The notes below the pieces were generated by a model. The model searched no databases. It worked only from the letters and a program-made list of their open reading frames with translations, and had not been told where the DNA came from. A program made the position numbers and the translations under genes. From NCBI GenBank assembly GCA_038850115.1, contig JAWCMB010000008.1, positions 1 to 42,299 of the forward strand: a DNA stretch of 42,299 nucleotides. The letters are read 5' to 3'. Source of the stretch: Thermoproteota archaeon (GTDB lineage: Archaea; Thermoproteota; EX4484-205; JAAOZP01). Shown one piece after another: positions 7,501-16,614 of the stretch. Positions within the stretch are counted from its first letter, which is position 1; every line of letters starts with the position of its first letter.

Positions 7501-9279
7501 ATGGTTATGTTATTTAGGGAAGTCACAGACGCCATGGATCAAATAGAGTCTACCACGAAAAGGATTGAGATGACAAGCTTCCTCGTAGACCTGTTTAGGA
7601 AGGCCAGCCCTGCTGAGCTTGAGAAGCTCGTCTACCTTCTTCAGGGGAAGGTTAGGCCTGACTACGAGGGCCTAGAATTCGGGATGGCTGACAAGCTTGT
7701 CTTAAGGGCGTTGACAGATTTCTCCGGGGTGGATCAGAAGACTGTTGAGAAACTTTACAAGGATGCTGGGGACCTCGGGAGCGTGGCGGAGGCTCTTGCA
7801 AACAGGAAGGTTCAGAGGAAGCTTGTCAGCAAAAACCCTACTCTCCTGGAAGTGTATGAGAAGCTATACAGGCTTGCTAGGCTGGGTGGAAAGGGGTCGG
7901 TTACTCAGAAGACGAGTCTACTCGTCTCCCTGCTGATAGACTTGTCTCCGAAGGAGGCTAAGTATGCTGTCAGGACGATTACGGGGAGGCTTAGGCTGGG
8001 TATAGCCGACTACACGGTGCTGGATGCTCTTGCTCAAGCGTTCACCGGAGACAAGTCTAACAGGCCGGTTATAGAGCGCGCATACAACATATCCAGCGAC
8101 CTCGGGGCTGTTGCGAGGATCGTTGCTGAAAAGGGGCTCCACGGTGTTTCAGAGTTTAGGATTACAGTCGGTAAGCCTGTTAGGCCGATGCTTGCGGAAC
8201 GCTTGACAACTGTTCAGGAGGTTCTTGAAAAATTAGGCGGCGAGGTTGCAGCTGAGTATAAGCTCGACGGGGAACGCGTTCAGATACACAAGGACGCTGG
8301 GAAAATACTGCTTTTCTCAAGACGGCTGGAGAACATTACTGGCCACTATCCTGACGCTATAGAGCTAGCTAAGAGGAATGTGAATGCTCGGGAGGCGATT
8401 CTTGAGGCTGAGTGCGTGGCGATAAACCCGGACACCGGGGAGCTCCTCCCGTTTCAAGAGCTTATGCATAGGAGGAGGAAGTATGGCGTGGAGGAGGCGA
8501 TGAAGGAGTATCCTGCCGCGTTATTCTTCTTCGACATCCTGTATGCTGACGGCTTGGATTATACTCAGAAGACATACTTGGAGCGGAGGGCCGCGTTAAG
8601 AAGGATTATTGCTGAGGAAGAGCGAGTTAAGCTGGTGAGGCAGATAGTCTCGAACGACCCTGGTGAGATAGAGAGCTTCATGGAGGAGGCTATCTCAGAA
8701 GGCTGCGAGGGGCTTGTGGTTAAGGATTTGAAAGCACCCTACAGGGCTGGCGCCAGGGAGTGGAGCTGGATAAAGCTGAAGAGGGAGTATAAGGTTGAGG
8801 TCGCGGACACCATAGACCTGGTTATAGTCGGGGCTTTCCACGGTAGGGGTAAGAGGGCTGGCAGGTATGGCGCATATCTTCTGGCGTCATATGACCCCGA
8901 GGAGGACGTGTTCAGAACCTTTGCTAAATGTGGAACCGGGTTTACAGACGAGGACCTGGAGAGGTTCACTGGGCTAGTCGACAAATATAGGATTAGGCAT
9001 AGGCATCCCAGGGTGGATTCTAAGATTGAGGCAGACGTCTGGGTGGAGCCTAGGATAGTCATTGAGATAATAGTCTCAGAAATAACCTTGAGCCCAGTTC
9101 ACACCTGTGGCCTAGGCGTGGTGAGGGAGGGATCCGGGTTCGCCGGCCGTTTCCCAAAGTACACGGGGAAGCTTAGGGACGATAAGTCTCCGGAGCAGGC
9201 AACAACCGTCAAGGAGATCCTTGAAATGTATAGGAGTCAGTTGAAGAAGATTGAGGAGGAGCCTAAGGAGGCAAAGTAA
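7501..9279 (+). CDS. lig: ATP-dependent DNA ligase (archaeal type)
   Basis: Motif I EYKLDGERVQIH, EAILEAE, FFFDILY, EGLVVK, WIKLKREY, DLVIVGAFHGRGKR, RFPK...LRDDK; N-terminal DNA-binding domain; 592 aa. Confidence 0.97.
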   Translation: MVMLFREVTDAMDQIESTTKRIEMTSFLVDLFRKASPAELEKLVYLLQGKVRPDYEGLEFGMADKLVLRALTDFSGVDQKTVEKLYKDAGDLGSVAEALANRKVQRKLVSKNPTLLEVYEKLYRLARLGGKGSVTQKTSLLVSLLIDLSPKEAKYAVRTITGRLRLGIADYTVLDALAQAFTGDKSNRPVIERAYNISSDLGAVARIVAEKGLHGVSEFRITVGKPVRPMLAERLTTVQEVLEKLGGEVAAEYKLDGERVQIHKDAGKILLFSRRLENITGHYPDAIELAKRNVNAREAILEAECVAINPDTGELLPFQELMHRRRKYGVEEAMKEYPAALFFFDILYADGLDYTQKTYLERRAALRRIIAEEERVKLVRQIVSNDPGEIESFMEEAISEGCEGLVVKDLKAPYRAGAREWSWIKLKREYKVEVADTIDLVIVGAFHGRGKRAGRYGAYLLASYDPEEDVFRTFAKCGTGFTDEDLERFTGLVDKYRIRHRHPRVDSKIEADVWVEPRIVIEIIVSEITLSPVHTCGLGVVREGSGFAGRFPKYTGKLRDDKSPEQATTVKEILEMYRSQLKKIEEEPKEAK

Positions 9280-9314
9280 CAGTGTCTTATCGTGCTTAAA
9301 GAAACAGGTTCGTT

Positions 9315-9326
9315 GAAAGTTTAAAT
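9315..9326 (+). promoter_or_regulatory. Putative BRE/TATA box of cdc48
   Basis: GAAAGTTTAAAT ends 28 nt upstream of ATG 9355. Confidence 0.55.
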
Positions 9327-9354
9327 CTCGGTATCTGGATGCTTCCCTCAAACA

Positions 9355-11505
9355 ATGAGCGAGGTTCAGCTGCTTGTTGCTGAAGCAAGGCCGAGGGATG
9401 TGGGTAGGAGAATAGTTAGGATAGGAAAGAGGGAGATGGCTCAGCTTAAGGCTGAAACCGGGGACATTGTTGAGATACTTGGCAGGAGGTCTGCTTCCGC
9501 AGTAGTCTGGCCAGGCTACGCTGAGGATGAGGATCGCAAGATAGTGAGGATGGACGGCCTGATAAGGAGAAGTGCAGGGGTTGCCATAGGAGACTACGTT
9601 AAGATCAGGAAGGTGGATAAGGTTGAGAACGCTAGTGAAGTCGTATTGGCCCCAATGGGTGCACGAATATCCAGCGTGGACGAGGATTTCTTGGACTATG
9701 TTAAGGATAAGCTGATAGACACTCCTCTTACCGAGGGGGATATTGTTGCAGTGCCAGTCTTCGGAGGACAGGCGCTCGGCCTAACCGTGGTCAGGGTTAA
9801 GCCAAGGGGCTTCGTGAAGGTTACTACAGACACTAGGGTTCAGATAGTGGGTGAAGAGGCTGCTGAGAAGCTCGCCATTCCAAGGGTTACCTATGAGGAT
9901 ATTGGCGGGTTGCATGAGGAGATTCAGCGAATAAGGGAGATGGTTGAGCTTCCCCTGAGGCATCCTGAGCTTTTCCAGAGGCTGGGCATAGAGCCGCCTA
10001 AGGGAGTGCTGCTCCATGGCCCGCCTGGCACGGGTAAAACACTTCTGGCTAAGGCTGTTGCAAACGAGTCCGACGCCAACTTCCTTTCTATAAACGGACC
10101 TGAGATAATGAGCAAGTTTTACGGCGAGTCTGAGGAAAGGCTTAGGAAGGTTTTCCAGGAGGCTCAGGAGAAGGCTCCTAGTATAATCTTCATAGACGAG
10201 ATTGACGCTATAGCTCCAAAGAGGGAGGAAGTTGGAGGAGAGGTTGAGAGAAGGGTTGTGGCTCAGCTTCTCGCTCTAATGGATGGTTTGAAGGCTAGGG
10301 GCGACGTGATAGTCATAGGTGCGACGAATGTTCCAAACATGATTGACCCTGCGTTACGCAGGCCTGGAAGGTTCGACAGGGAGATCGAGATAGGTGTGCC
10401 GGATAAGCAGGGCAGGCTTGAAATACTTCAGATCCACACTAGGTCGATGCCGCTTGATAAGGATGTTGACTTGAAGAGGCTTGCTGAGATAACGCACGGC
10501 TACACTGGTGCAGACCTTGCTGCGCTTTGCAGGGAGGCGGCGATGAAGGCTTTGAGAAGATACTTGCCTGAGATAAAGCTGGATGAGAAGATTCCCCAAT
10601 CAGTCTTAGAGAAAATGGTTGTTAAGGCGGAGGACTTCACGAACGCGTTCAAGGAGATAACGCCGACTGCAATGAGGGAAGTCTATGTTGAGGTTCCCAC
10701 GGTCAGGTGGAGCGATGTCGGGGGGCTTGAGGAGATTAAGAGGAGGCTCAGAGAGACTGTCGAGCTTCCGATAAAGACCCCGGAGAAGTTTGATAAACTG
10801 GGCATAACTCCTCCTAAGGCAATACTTCTCTACGGTCCACCCGGATGCGGGAAGACGCTTCTGGCTAGGGCTGTCGCAACTGAGAGTGAGGCCAACTTCA
10901 TAAGCATCAAAGGTCCAGAGGTATTCTCAAAATGGGTTGGAGAGTCCGAGAAAGCAATAAGGGAAGTGTTCAGGAAAGCTAGGCTCGCCTCGCCCTCAAT
11001 AATCTTCCTAGACGAGGTTGACGCGATCGCCCCGAGAAGGGGCATGAGCATGGCTGACAGTGGCGTAACTGAGAGGGTTGTAAGCCAGCTGCTTACAGAG
11101 ATGGATGGGCTGACTCCTATTGAGAGGATTGTCATAATAGGGGCTACTAACAGGCCTGAGCTTCTCGACCCTGCGATAATGAGGCCGGGAAGGTTTGAAG
11201 TAGTGCTGTATGTTCCCCCGCCGGATGAGGCTTCAAGGCTCCAGATACTTAAGATCCATACGAGGAGAATGCCATTGGAGAGCGTTAGCTTGGAGGAGAT
11301 TGCTAAAAGGACTGAGGGCTACTCTGGGGCTGACCTGGAGGCGCTCTGCAGGGAGGCTGGCTTAAACGCTTTGAGGAGGGATGCTGACAAGGTGACCAAG
11401 GAGGATTTTGAAAAGGCTCTTCAAACCGTCAAACCCAGTTTGAAAGAGGATATACTTATGAAATACAAGAAGTTCGGCGAGAAGGAGGAGTTTTTTCTTG
11501 TCTGA
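9355..11505 (+). CDS. cdc48: Cdc48/VCP/VAT family AAA+ ATPase
   Basis: N-domain plus two AAA modules: [24 protein letters not shown] and [21 protein letters not shown]. Confidence 0.97.
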   Translation: MSEVQLLVAEARPRDVGRRIVRIGKREMAQLKAETGDIVEILGRRSASAVVWPGYAEDEDRKIVRMDGLIRRSAGVAIGDYVKIRKVDKVENASEVVLAPMGARISSVDEDFLDYVKDKLIDTPLTEGDIVAVPVFGGQALGLTVVRVKPRGFVKVTTDTRVQIVGEEAAEKLAIPRVTYEDIGGLHEEIQRIREMVELPLRHPELFQRLGIEPPKGVLLHGPPGTGKTLLAKAVANESDANFLSINGPEIMSKFYGESEERLRKVFQEAQEKAPSIIFIDEIDAIAPKREEVGGEVERRVVAQLLALMDGLKARGDVIVIGATNVPNMIDPALRRPGRFDREIEIGVPDKQGRLEILQIHTRSMPLDKDVDLKRLAEITHGYTGADLAALCREAAMKALRRYLPEIKLDEKIPQSVLEKMVVKAEDFTNAFKEITPTAMREVYVEVPTVRWSDVGGLEEIKRRLRETVELPIKTPEKFDKLGITPPKAILLYGPPGCGKTLLARAVATESEANFISIKGPEVFSKWVGESEKAIREVFRKARLASPSIIFLDEVDAIAPRRGMSMADSGVTERVVSQLLTEMDGLTPIERIVIIGATNRPELLDPAIMRPGRFEVVLYVPPPDEASRLQILKIHTRRMPLESVSLEEIAKRTEGYSGADLEALCREAGLNALRRDADKVTKEDFEKALQTVKPSLKEDILMKYKKFGEKEEFFLV

Positions 11506-11750
11506 AAAGGAATAATTTCACAACTCTGTCTTCTTTTGAACATTTTGTCCATTTCATCTAAATTATGAGTCTGTGAACTCAAAATCCTGTTCTCTCTAAC
11601 GCCTTCCTATAAACCTCGCTTTCACATAAACCTATCATCTTCCATTCGGTATGAATCATCCAGAGCATGCAATCCTTTCTCATCTGCCTTTTAGGAGCAA
11701 TAAAATCAAATCTATTAACAGTGAAATCCTGCCTAGTTGCAGTTAGCGCC

Positions 11751-11781
11751 GAAAAACTTAAATTTAGTATCCTCCTAAATT
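11751..11781 (+). promoter_or_regulatory. BRE/TATA (GAAAAACTTAAAT) overlapped by a perfect inverted repeat AATTTAG-N7-CTAAATT, putative DtxR-family operator
   Basis: Arms at 11761-11767 and 11775-11781, ending 6 nt before the regulator GTG; the TTAG...CTAA core resembles DtxR/MntR/SirR boxes. Confidence 0.7.
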
Positions 11782-11787
11782 GGGCGT

Positions 11788-12225
11788 GTGCCTAAAACGG
11801 GGGCTTCTAAGAGTCTGACTGGTAAGGAGGTCGAGTATCTTAAGACGGTTTTCAAGCTGCTTCCTGGGAGAGACATGGTTGGAAGCCTTGAGGTTGCTGA
11901 TGCGATGGGGGTTTCATGTGCGACTGCAAGCGAGTATCTTGAAAGGCTCGAGGAAAAGGGTATGCTTAAAAGATATCGTTGGAGGGGAGTAAGCATTTCG
12001 AAAAAAGGGTTGGTGGAAATAAACAGGATAATTAGGAGTCACAGGATTTTCGAAACATACGTGTACAGGTTCCTATCAGTAGGTCTGGAGGATGCTTGCG
12101 AATGTGCGAGCATGGTTGAACAATATCTTCCGGAGAAGATCGTTGACTCCATGTGCAGTGCTCTAGGTCATCCTAAGACCTGCCCCCATAAGAACCATAT
12201 TCCAGGAGGCAGGTACTGTTGCTGA
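11788..12225 (+). CDS. DtxR/MntR family metal-dependent transcriptional regulator
   Basis: EYLKTVF, HTH VADAMGVSCATASEYLERL, RSHRIFETY, EQYL, LGHPKTCPH; heads a metal ABC operon. Confidence 0.92.
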   Translation: MPKTGASKSLTGKEVEYLKTVFKLLPGRDMVGSLEVADAMGVSCATASEYLERLEEKGMLKRYRWRGVSISKKGLVEINRIIRSHRIFETYVYRFLSVGLEDACECASMVEQYLPEKIVDSMCSALGHPKTCPHKNHIPGGRYCC

Positions 12226-13241
12226 GGAACGCGGTTGGAATCATGCTTCTTGAAGCGGTTTTCTTAACGTTTTTAACCATATCTACTGATGCTAGGCTGG
12301 ATGGGAGGACAAAGATATTTGTCACCATGGATATCCTGAGGCTCATTGTTTCATCTGTAACGGGCAGTACTGGGGAAGTCTATTCGATTGTTCCCGGTGA
12401 TGCTGAGCCTCATGGCTTCACCCTTACACCCAGTGTTGTGAGAAATGCTTCCGACGCTGATCTGATCGTTCTAACTGGCCACATGGAGTGGGAGAATGAT
12501 CTTGTTAAACGGGTTGCGGAGGAAAAAGGTGTTGAACCCGATTCGATATGCTTAAACCTGCTTGACCTGGTTGAGAAGAATGGCACCATTCTTGAGTTGG
12601 AGGGTGGGAGTAATATTCACGGCTTCTGGCTTCTACCTGATAACGCCGTCCTGATTGCGAGGGCTCTGAGAGACAGGCTTTCAGTTTTAAGGCCTGAGAA
12701 TTCTGAAGAATACTGGTCAAACTGCATGGTTTTCGAGGAGAAAGTCTCGTCTCTAAAAATTTTTCTCGAAAGGCTTTCGGAGAGGCACGGCTTATCAGGG
12801 AGGAAGGCCGTCATAGGTTTCTACGCTGAGCAGTACGTTGTTGAAGCCATGGGTTTAAAAGTGGGTGCTGTGCTGGTTGGCGAAGGCGAGGCTATAAGCC
12901 CAGGGTCGTTGAGCAGGGTTTACGGTGGGCTCAGGTCCGGAGAATATGCTTGCGTAGTAGTCTCAGACACCGCCTTGCTGATGAGTGGGGTTCAGAATGC
13001 TTTGCGGGAGATCTCCAAGGACACGGGCTGCCCGATTGCTTATGTTTCAGTAGTTTCAGCCAGCGGTGTGAAAGATTATGATTCGATAATGTACTATAAT
13101 GCTGGGCAGGTTTACAGTGCACTATTGTCAGAACGGGGATCTGTTTCAAGCGGGTTCAACATTTACCTTCTGGCGACGCTTCTGGCGCTGCTGGTGATCG
13201 TTCTTGAAACAATAATCTTAGTCAGGAGGAGTAATGCATGA
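12219..13241 (+). CDS. Zn/Mn/Fe ABC transporter substrate-binding protein (ZnuA/TroA cluster A-I) with C-terminal membrane anchor
   Basis: N-terminal hydrophobic signal, EPHGFTLTP, ADLIV, NIHGFWL, C-terminal TM helix IYLLATLLALLVIVLETIILVRR. Confidence 0.88.
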   Translation: MLRNAVGIMLLEAVFLTFLTISTDARLDGRTKIFVTMDILRLIVSSVTGSTGEVYSIVPGDAEPHGFTLTPSVVRNASDADLIVLTGHMEWENDLVKRVAEEKGVEPDSICLNLLDLVEKNGTILELEGGSNIHGFWLLPDNAVLIARALRDRLSVLRPENSEEYWSNCMVFEEKVSSLKIFLERLSERHGLSGRKAVIGFYAEQYVVEAMGLKVGAVLVGEGEAISPGSLSRVYGGLRSGEYACVVVSDTALLMSGVQNALREISKDTGCPIAYVSVVSASGVKDYDSIMYYNAGQVYSALLSERGSVSSGFNIYLLATLLALLVIVLETIILVRRSNA

Positions 13242-14017
13242 ATGTTCCGGTGATATCTGTTGAAAACGTTTCGGTGAGGCTGAACAGCCATTTAGTGTTG
13301 GAGGATGTTAGCTTCAGGGTTGAGTCGCCATCGTTCATAACTGTCGTCGGGCCGAACGGGGCTGGCAAGACCACGCTTTTAAGGATCCTTCTCGGTATGG
13401 TTAGGCCTTTCAAGGGCAGTGTTAGAATATTCGGGTTGAACCCCCTTACTGAGTACGGCAGGCTCAGAGGGCTGGTGGGCTATGTCCCGCAGAAAGACAA
13501 GGTTTCTTACGAGACTCCGTTAAGGGTGAGCGAGGTTGTCCTGATGGGGATAGCTTTAAGGAAGAGTTTTCCCAGGGTTGTCTCTAAGGATGATGTTGAG
13601 TCCGCGAGAAGGGCCTTAGCATACTTGGGTATGGAGGAACACTGGGGGTCTTTTTTCAACGAGCTCAGCGGCGGCCAGCAGAGGAGAGTTCTGATAGCGA
13701 GAGCACTGGCATCAGACCCGTTGCTCCTGCTGCTGGACGAGGTGTTCGCCGGGCTGGATTCCGAGAGCCAGGAGTACCTGATTAACGTTTTCAAAACTTT
13801 AAGGGAGAGGGGAAGAACCATAGTTATCGTGGAGCATGAAGTCGACCCTATAGTGGAGCTTACTGACAGGATTCTTGTTTTGAATAGGGTTGTCTGCGTA
13901 TACGGGGATCCAAGCGAGGTTTTAAGCGAGGACAAGTTGAAGCCGATCTATCCCTGTTTAAGAACTGTTGAGAGAGAGGGCCGGAAGGTCTTCATACTGG
14001 GTGATAAGCATGCTTGA
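13238..14017 (+). CDS. Metal ABC transporter ATP-binding protein (ZnuC-like)
   Basis: GPNGAGKTT, YVPQ, LSGGQQRR, LLLLDE, VEH; ATGA overlap with the upstream gene. Confidence 0.93.
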   Translation: MNVPVISVENVSVRLNSHLVLEDVSFRVESPSFITVVGPNGAGKTTLLRILLGMVRPFKGSVRIFGLNPLTEYGRLRGLVGYVPQKDKVSYETPLRVSEVVLMGIALRKSFPRVVSKDDVESARRALAYLGMEEHWGSFFNELSGGQQRRVLIARALASDPLLLLLDEVFAGLDSESQEYLINVFKTLRERGRTIVIVEHEVDPIVELTDRILVLNRVVCVYGDPSEVLSEDKLKPIYPCLRTVEREGRKVFILGDKHA

Positions 14018-14822
14018 CCCGTTTGTTTTAAGAGCAATCCTCGGGGTTCTTTTTGCCTCATTCTCAGCACCCATTTCAGCAATAATGCTTTTGAGAGGAG
14101 CTCTCTACGTTACTCCTGAGATTTCACACGCTGCGTTGGGCGGGGCAGCCGTAGGCGTTTTAATCCAGGCTTTCCTCCCAGGAATGGCGGACCCTTTTGT
14201 CTTCGCGATAATATTCTGCGTAGCAACATCCATATTCGTTTCCCGCGTTGGTAAGGGTAGTCAGCAAGCCCTAGGCATGATGCTCAGCGTTTCCCTAGCT
14301 GTAAGCGTGATGCTATACGCTATTATAAGAAGCTACCTGCCAATAGACAGAAGGATGGTGGTGGACAGTTATCTGGTGAGCGATCTTCTACTCCTGTCGG
14401 ATACGGATGTGTTCAGCCTAGCAGTCGCGTCGACCGTCGCCATTATTGTTACTGCAGTGTTCTACAGGGAGTTTATCTATATTTGCTTCGACATGGAGAC
14501 CGCTGAATCATTCGGGCTTAAAACTGGACTGTACGACTCCCTGCTCTTCACCGTTTCCGCGATAACCGTCGCTGTCGTGGCGAGAACCATGGGTATTCTG
14601 CTTTCCGTTACACTTCTCGTAATCCCGGCCGCGGTCTCAAGGCTACTGGCGCGGCGCGTAGGCATGATGCTGACAGTGTCCTTCACGGCAGCAGTTCTAT
14701 CTGGGCTTGGGGGTATTGCAGTATCTTTGCTCTACGACATTCCGACTAGTGGTGCGATAGCCTTAGTCGCAATCATCCTGTTTTCAGCATGCTACCTGTT
14801 TAAACTTGTTTTGAAACGGTAG
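14010..14822 (+). CDS. Metal ABC transporter permease (ZnuB/ABC-3 family)
   Basis: ISHAALGG, FYREFIYICFDMETAESFG, GILLSVTLLVIPAA; multiple TM helices; ATG at 14010 overlaps the ATPase end. Confidence 0.9.
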   Translation: MLDPFVLRAILGVLFASFSAPISAIMLLRGALYVTPEISHAALGGAAVGVLIQAFLPGMADPFVFAIIFCVATSIFVSRVGKGSQQALGMMLSVSLAVSVMLYAIIRSYLPIDRRMVVDSYLVSDLLLLSDTDVFSLAVASTVAIIVTAVFYREFIYICFDMETAESFGLKTGLYDSLLFTVSAITVAVVARTMGILLSVTLLVIPAAVSRLLARRVGMMLTVSFTAAVLSGLGGIAVSLLYDIPTSGAIALVAIILFSACYLFKLVLKR

Positions 14823-14897
14823 AACGAGCGGGAATCGTCTTACTATAGAACTTAATATAAGGTAAGTGTTTTATTCTGCCAGTATATCCTCCTCTGG

Positions 14898-15626
14898 ATG
14901 CTCAGTCAAAGCGTTTCAGAGGCTAGGCTCGTCTCTTCAACAGCCCTGTCCACTGCCCTAGTCTTCGTGGCAACAGCATCAGTCTCCATCTATATCCCTG
15001 CCACCAGGGGGTACTTTAACCTGGGTGACTCCATGATTTTCCTAGCCGCCTTATTGTTCGGCCCCTTAGTAGGGTGTGTCGCAGGCGGGTTAGGATCAAT
15101 GCTGAGCGACCTATTCCTAGGGTATACCGTGTATGCTCCCGCTACCCTGATCGTTAAAGGTGTTGAAGGCTTGCTAACAGGCTTCCTCCACGAGGTTTTC
15201 ACGCGAAGCGAGTCCCGTGCTACTCGCCTCCTAATGGTCTTCCTACCGGTTCCCACAGTGATTCTCGGAATCACAATAGTCCTAGTTCTTTTCTCGGGAG
15301 AGGCTGAGGTATTATTGCTTGCAATATACTCGGCGACAGTAGCCTATCAGCCTATTCTCTTCTCAATCCTTATTGTTCTAGCGGCTTCGCTGATCTTTAT
15401 CTTAAGGGTCTACCGGGAGAACCTGCCGTTAATAGTACCGTGTTTCATAGGCGGCTTCGAAATGGTTCTAGGATACTTCTTCTACGAGCTCTTCCTATAC
15501 CAATTGGGAGCAGTATTCGAGGTGCCCGCGAACTTTGCTCAAACCTTCCTTGGGACACTGATAGCTGTGCCGCTCTACAACGCTGTTGGGAAGAGAATAG
15601 GGCAACTAAGGGTTTTCAACCGATAG
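14898..15626 (+). CDS. ECF transporter S component (substrate unknown)
   Basis: GYFNLGDSMIFLAALLFGP, GGLGSMLSDLFLGY, APATLIVKGVEG and C-terminal EVPANFAQ; all hydrophobic. Confidence 0.85.
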   Translation: MLSQSVSEARLVSSTALSTALVFVATASVSIYIPATRGYFNLGDSMIFLAALLFGPLVGCVAGGLGSMLSDLFLGYTVYAPATLIVKGVEGLLTGFLHEVFTRSESRATRLLMVFLPVPTVILGITIVLVLFSGEAEVLLLAIYSATVAYQPILFSILIVLAASLIFILRVYRENLPLIVPCFIGGFEMVLGYFFYELFLYQLGAVFEVPANFAQTFLGTLIAVPLYNAVGKRIGQLRVFNR

Positions 15627-16614
15627 CTTTCCAAAGCTCGTCTTGAGGAAGCTCGTTTATCCTGATTTCTCTCCTCCCAAGTAGCCCGATCCTTTCACCC
15701 CTGTTTCTCGTAACCCTTCCTATGACTCGCGCCCTAAACCCCTTCTCCCAAAGCTTTCTCAACAGTCTTGGTGTCTTAGACTTGCTTACTGTTGCCAACA
15801 GGGTTCCGGAGCTCACGAGCCTAAGAGGGTCTAGCCCAAGCTTCTCGCATATTATCCTAGTCTCCATCCTGACTGGTATTGACTCCATGTTTACAAAACA
15901 TCCTTTCGCAGAGGCTTCGCATATTTCAAATATGCCGCCGAGCACACCGCCCTCAGTAGGGTCATGCATGGCTGAAACGTGTTCCGAGGAAACCAGCGCG
16001 GGCTCAACTATGCTCAGGTTTTTAACAAGCCTTCTTGCTCTCCTCAAGACTTGGGGTGGAACACCTTTCTCCACCAGCTTCTCCCCAAGGTCGGAAGCAA
16101 GGATGGAGGTTCCTTCAACACCCGCCTCCCCAACTATCACTATGTTTTCACCAGCCTTAGCGCCGCTTGACGCGACGAGCCTTCTACGCCTAGTCCATCC
16201 TATTGCCGTCCCTACGAACACAGGGTTATCAACGATGCTTGCATACTCTGTGTGCCCCCCAACTATAGCGACCCCGAGCCTCTTGGCTTCAACGCTGGCC
16301 TGCCTCATTATCCTTCTGACTTCCCCATGGCCAGCTGCAGGAGGGAGGATCAGCACAATTAGAAGAAACTCCGGCTTCACACCTGTGAGGGCCACGTCGT
16401 TGGTTGAAACGTCGACGCCAATCCTGCCTAAGTTTTCCCTAGCCCCTGTGACTGGGTCGCTGGAAACAATCATCTTAACCCCGTTAAAGGATATTACGCT
16501 GTTGTCGACGCCTATGCCTGGGCCAACAATAATTCTCCTGCTGGGTGCACCGAGGTTTGAGAAGACTATTCTCTCAAGTATTCTCGGAGGAACCTTGCCG
16601 AGTATTCTTCTCAA
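15616..16614 (-). CDS. AIR synthase-related protein (PurM/HypE/ThiL/SelD superfamily ATP-binding enzyme)
   Basis: GPGIGVDNS, SSDPVTG, STNDVA, IVGGHTE, AMHDPTEGG, DPLRLVSSGTLL, DELWK. Confidence 0.88.
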   Translation of the reverse strand: MRRILGKVPPRILERIVFSNLGAPSRRIIVGPGIGVDNSVISFNGVKMIVSSDPVTGARENLGRIGVDVSTNDVALTGVKPEFLLIVLILPPAAGHGEVRRIMRQASVEAKRLGVAIVGGHTEYASIVDNPVFVGTAIGWTRRRRLVASSGAKAGENIVIVGEAGVEGTSILASDLGEKLVEKGVPPQVLRRARRLVKNLSIVEPALVSSEHVSAMHDPTEGGVLGGIFEICEASAKGCFVNMESIPVRMETRIICEKLGLDPLRLVSSGTLLATVSKSKTPRLLRKLWEKGFRARVIGRVTRNRGERIGLLGRREIRINELPQDELWKAIG

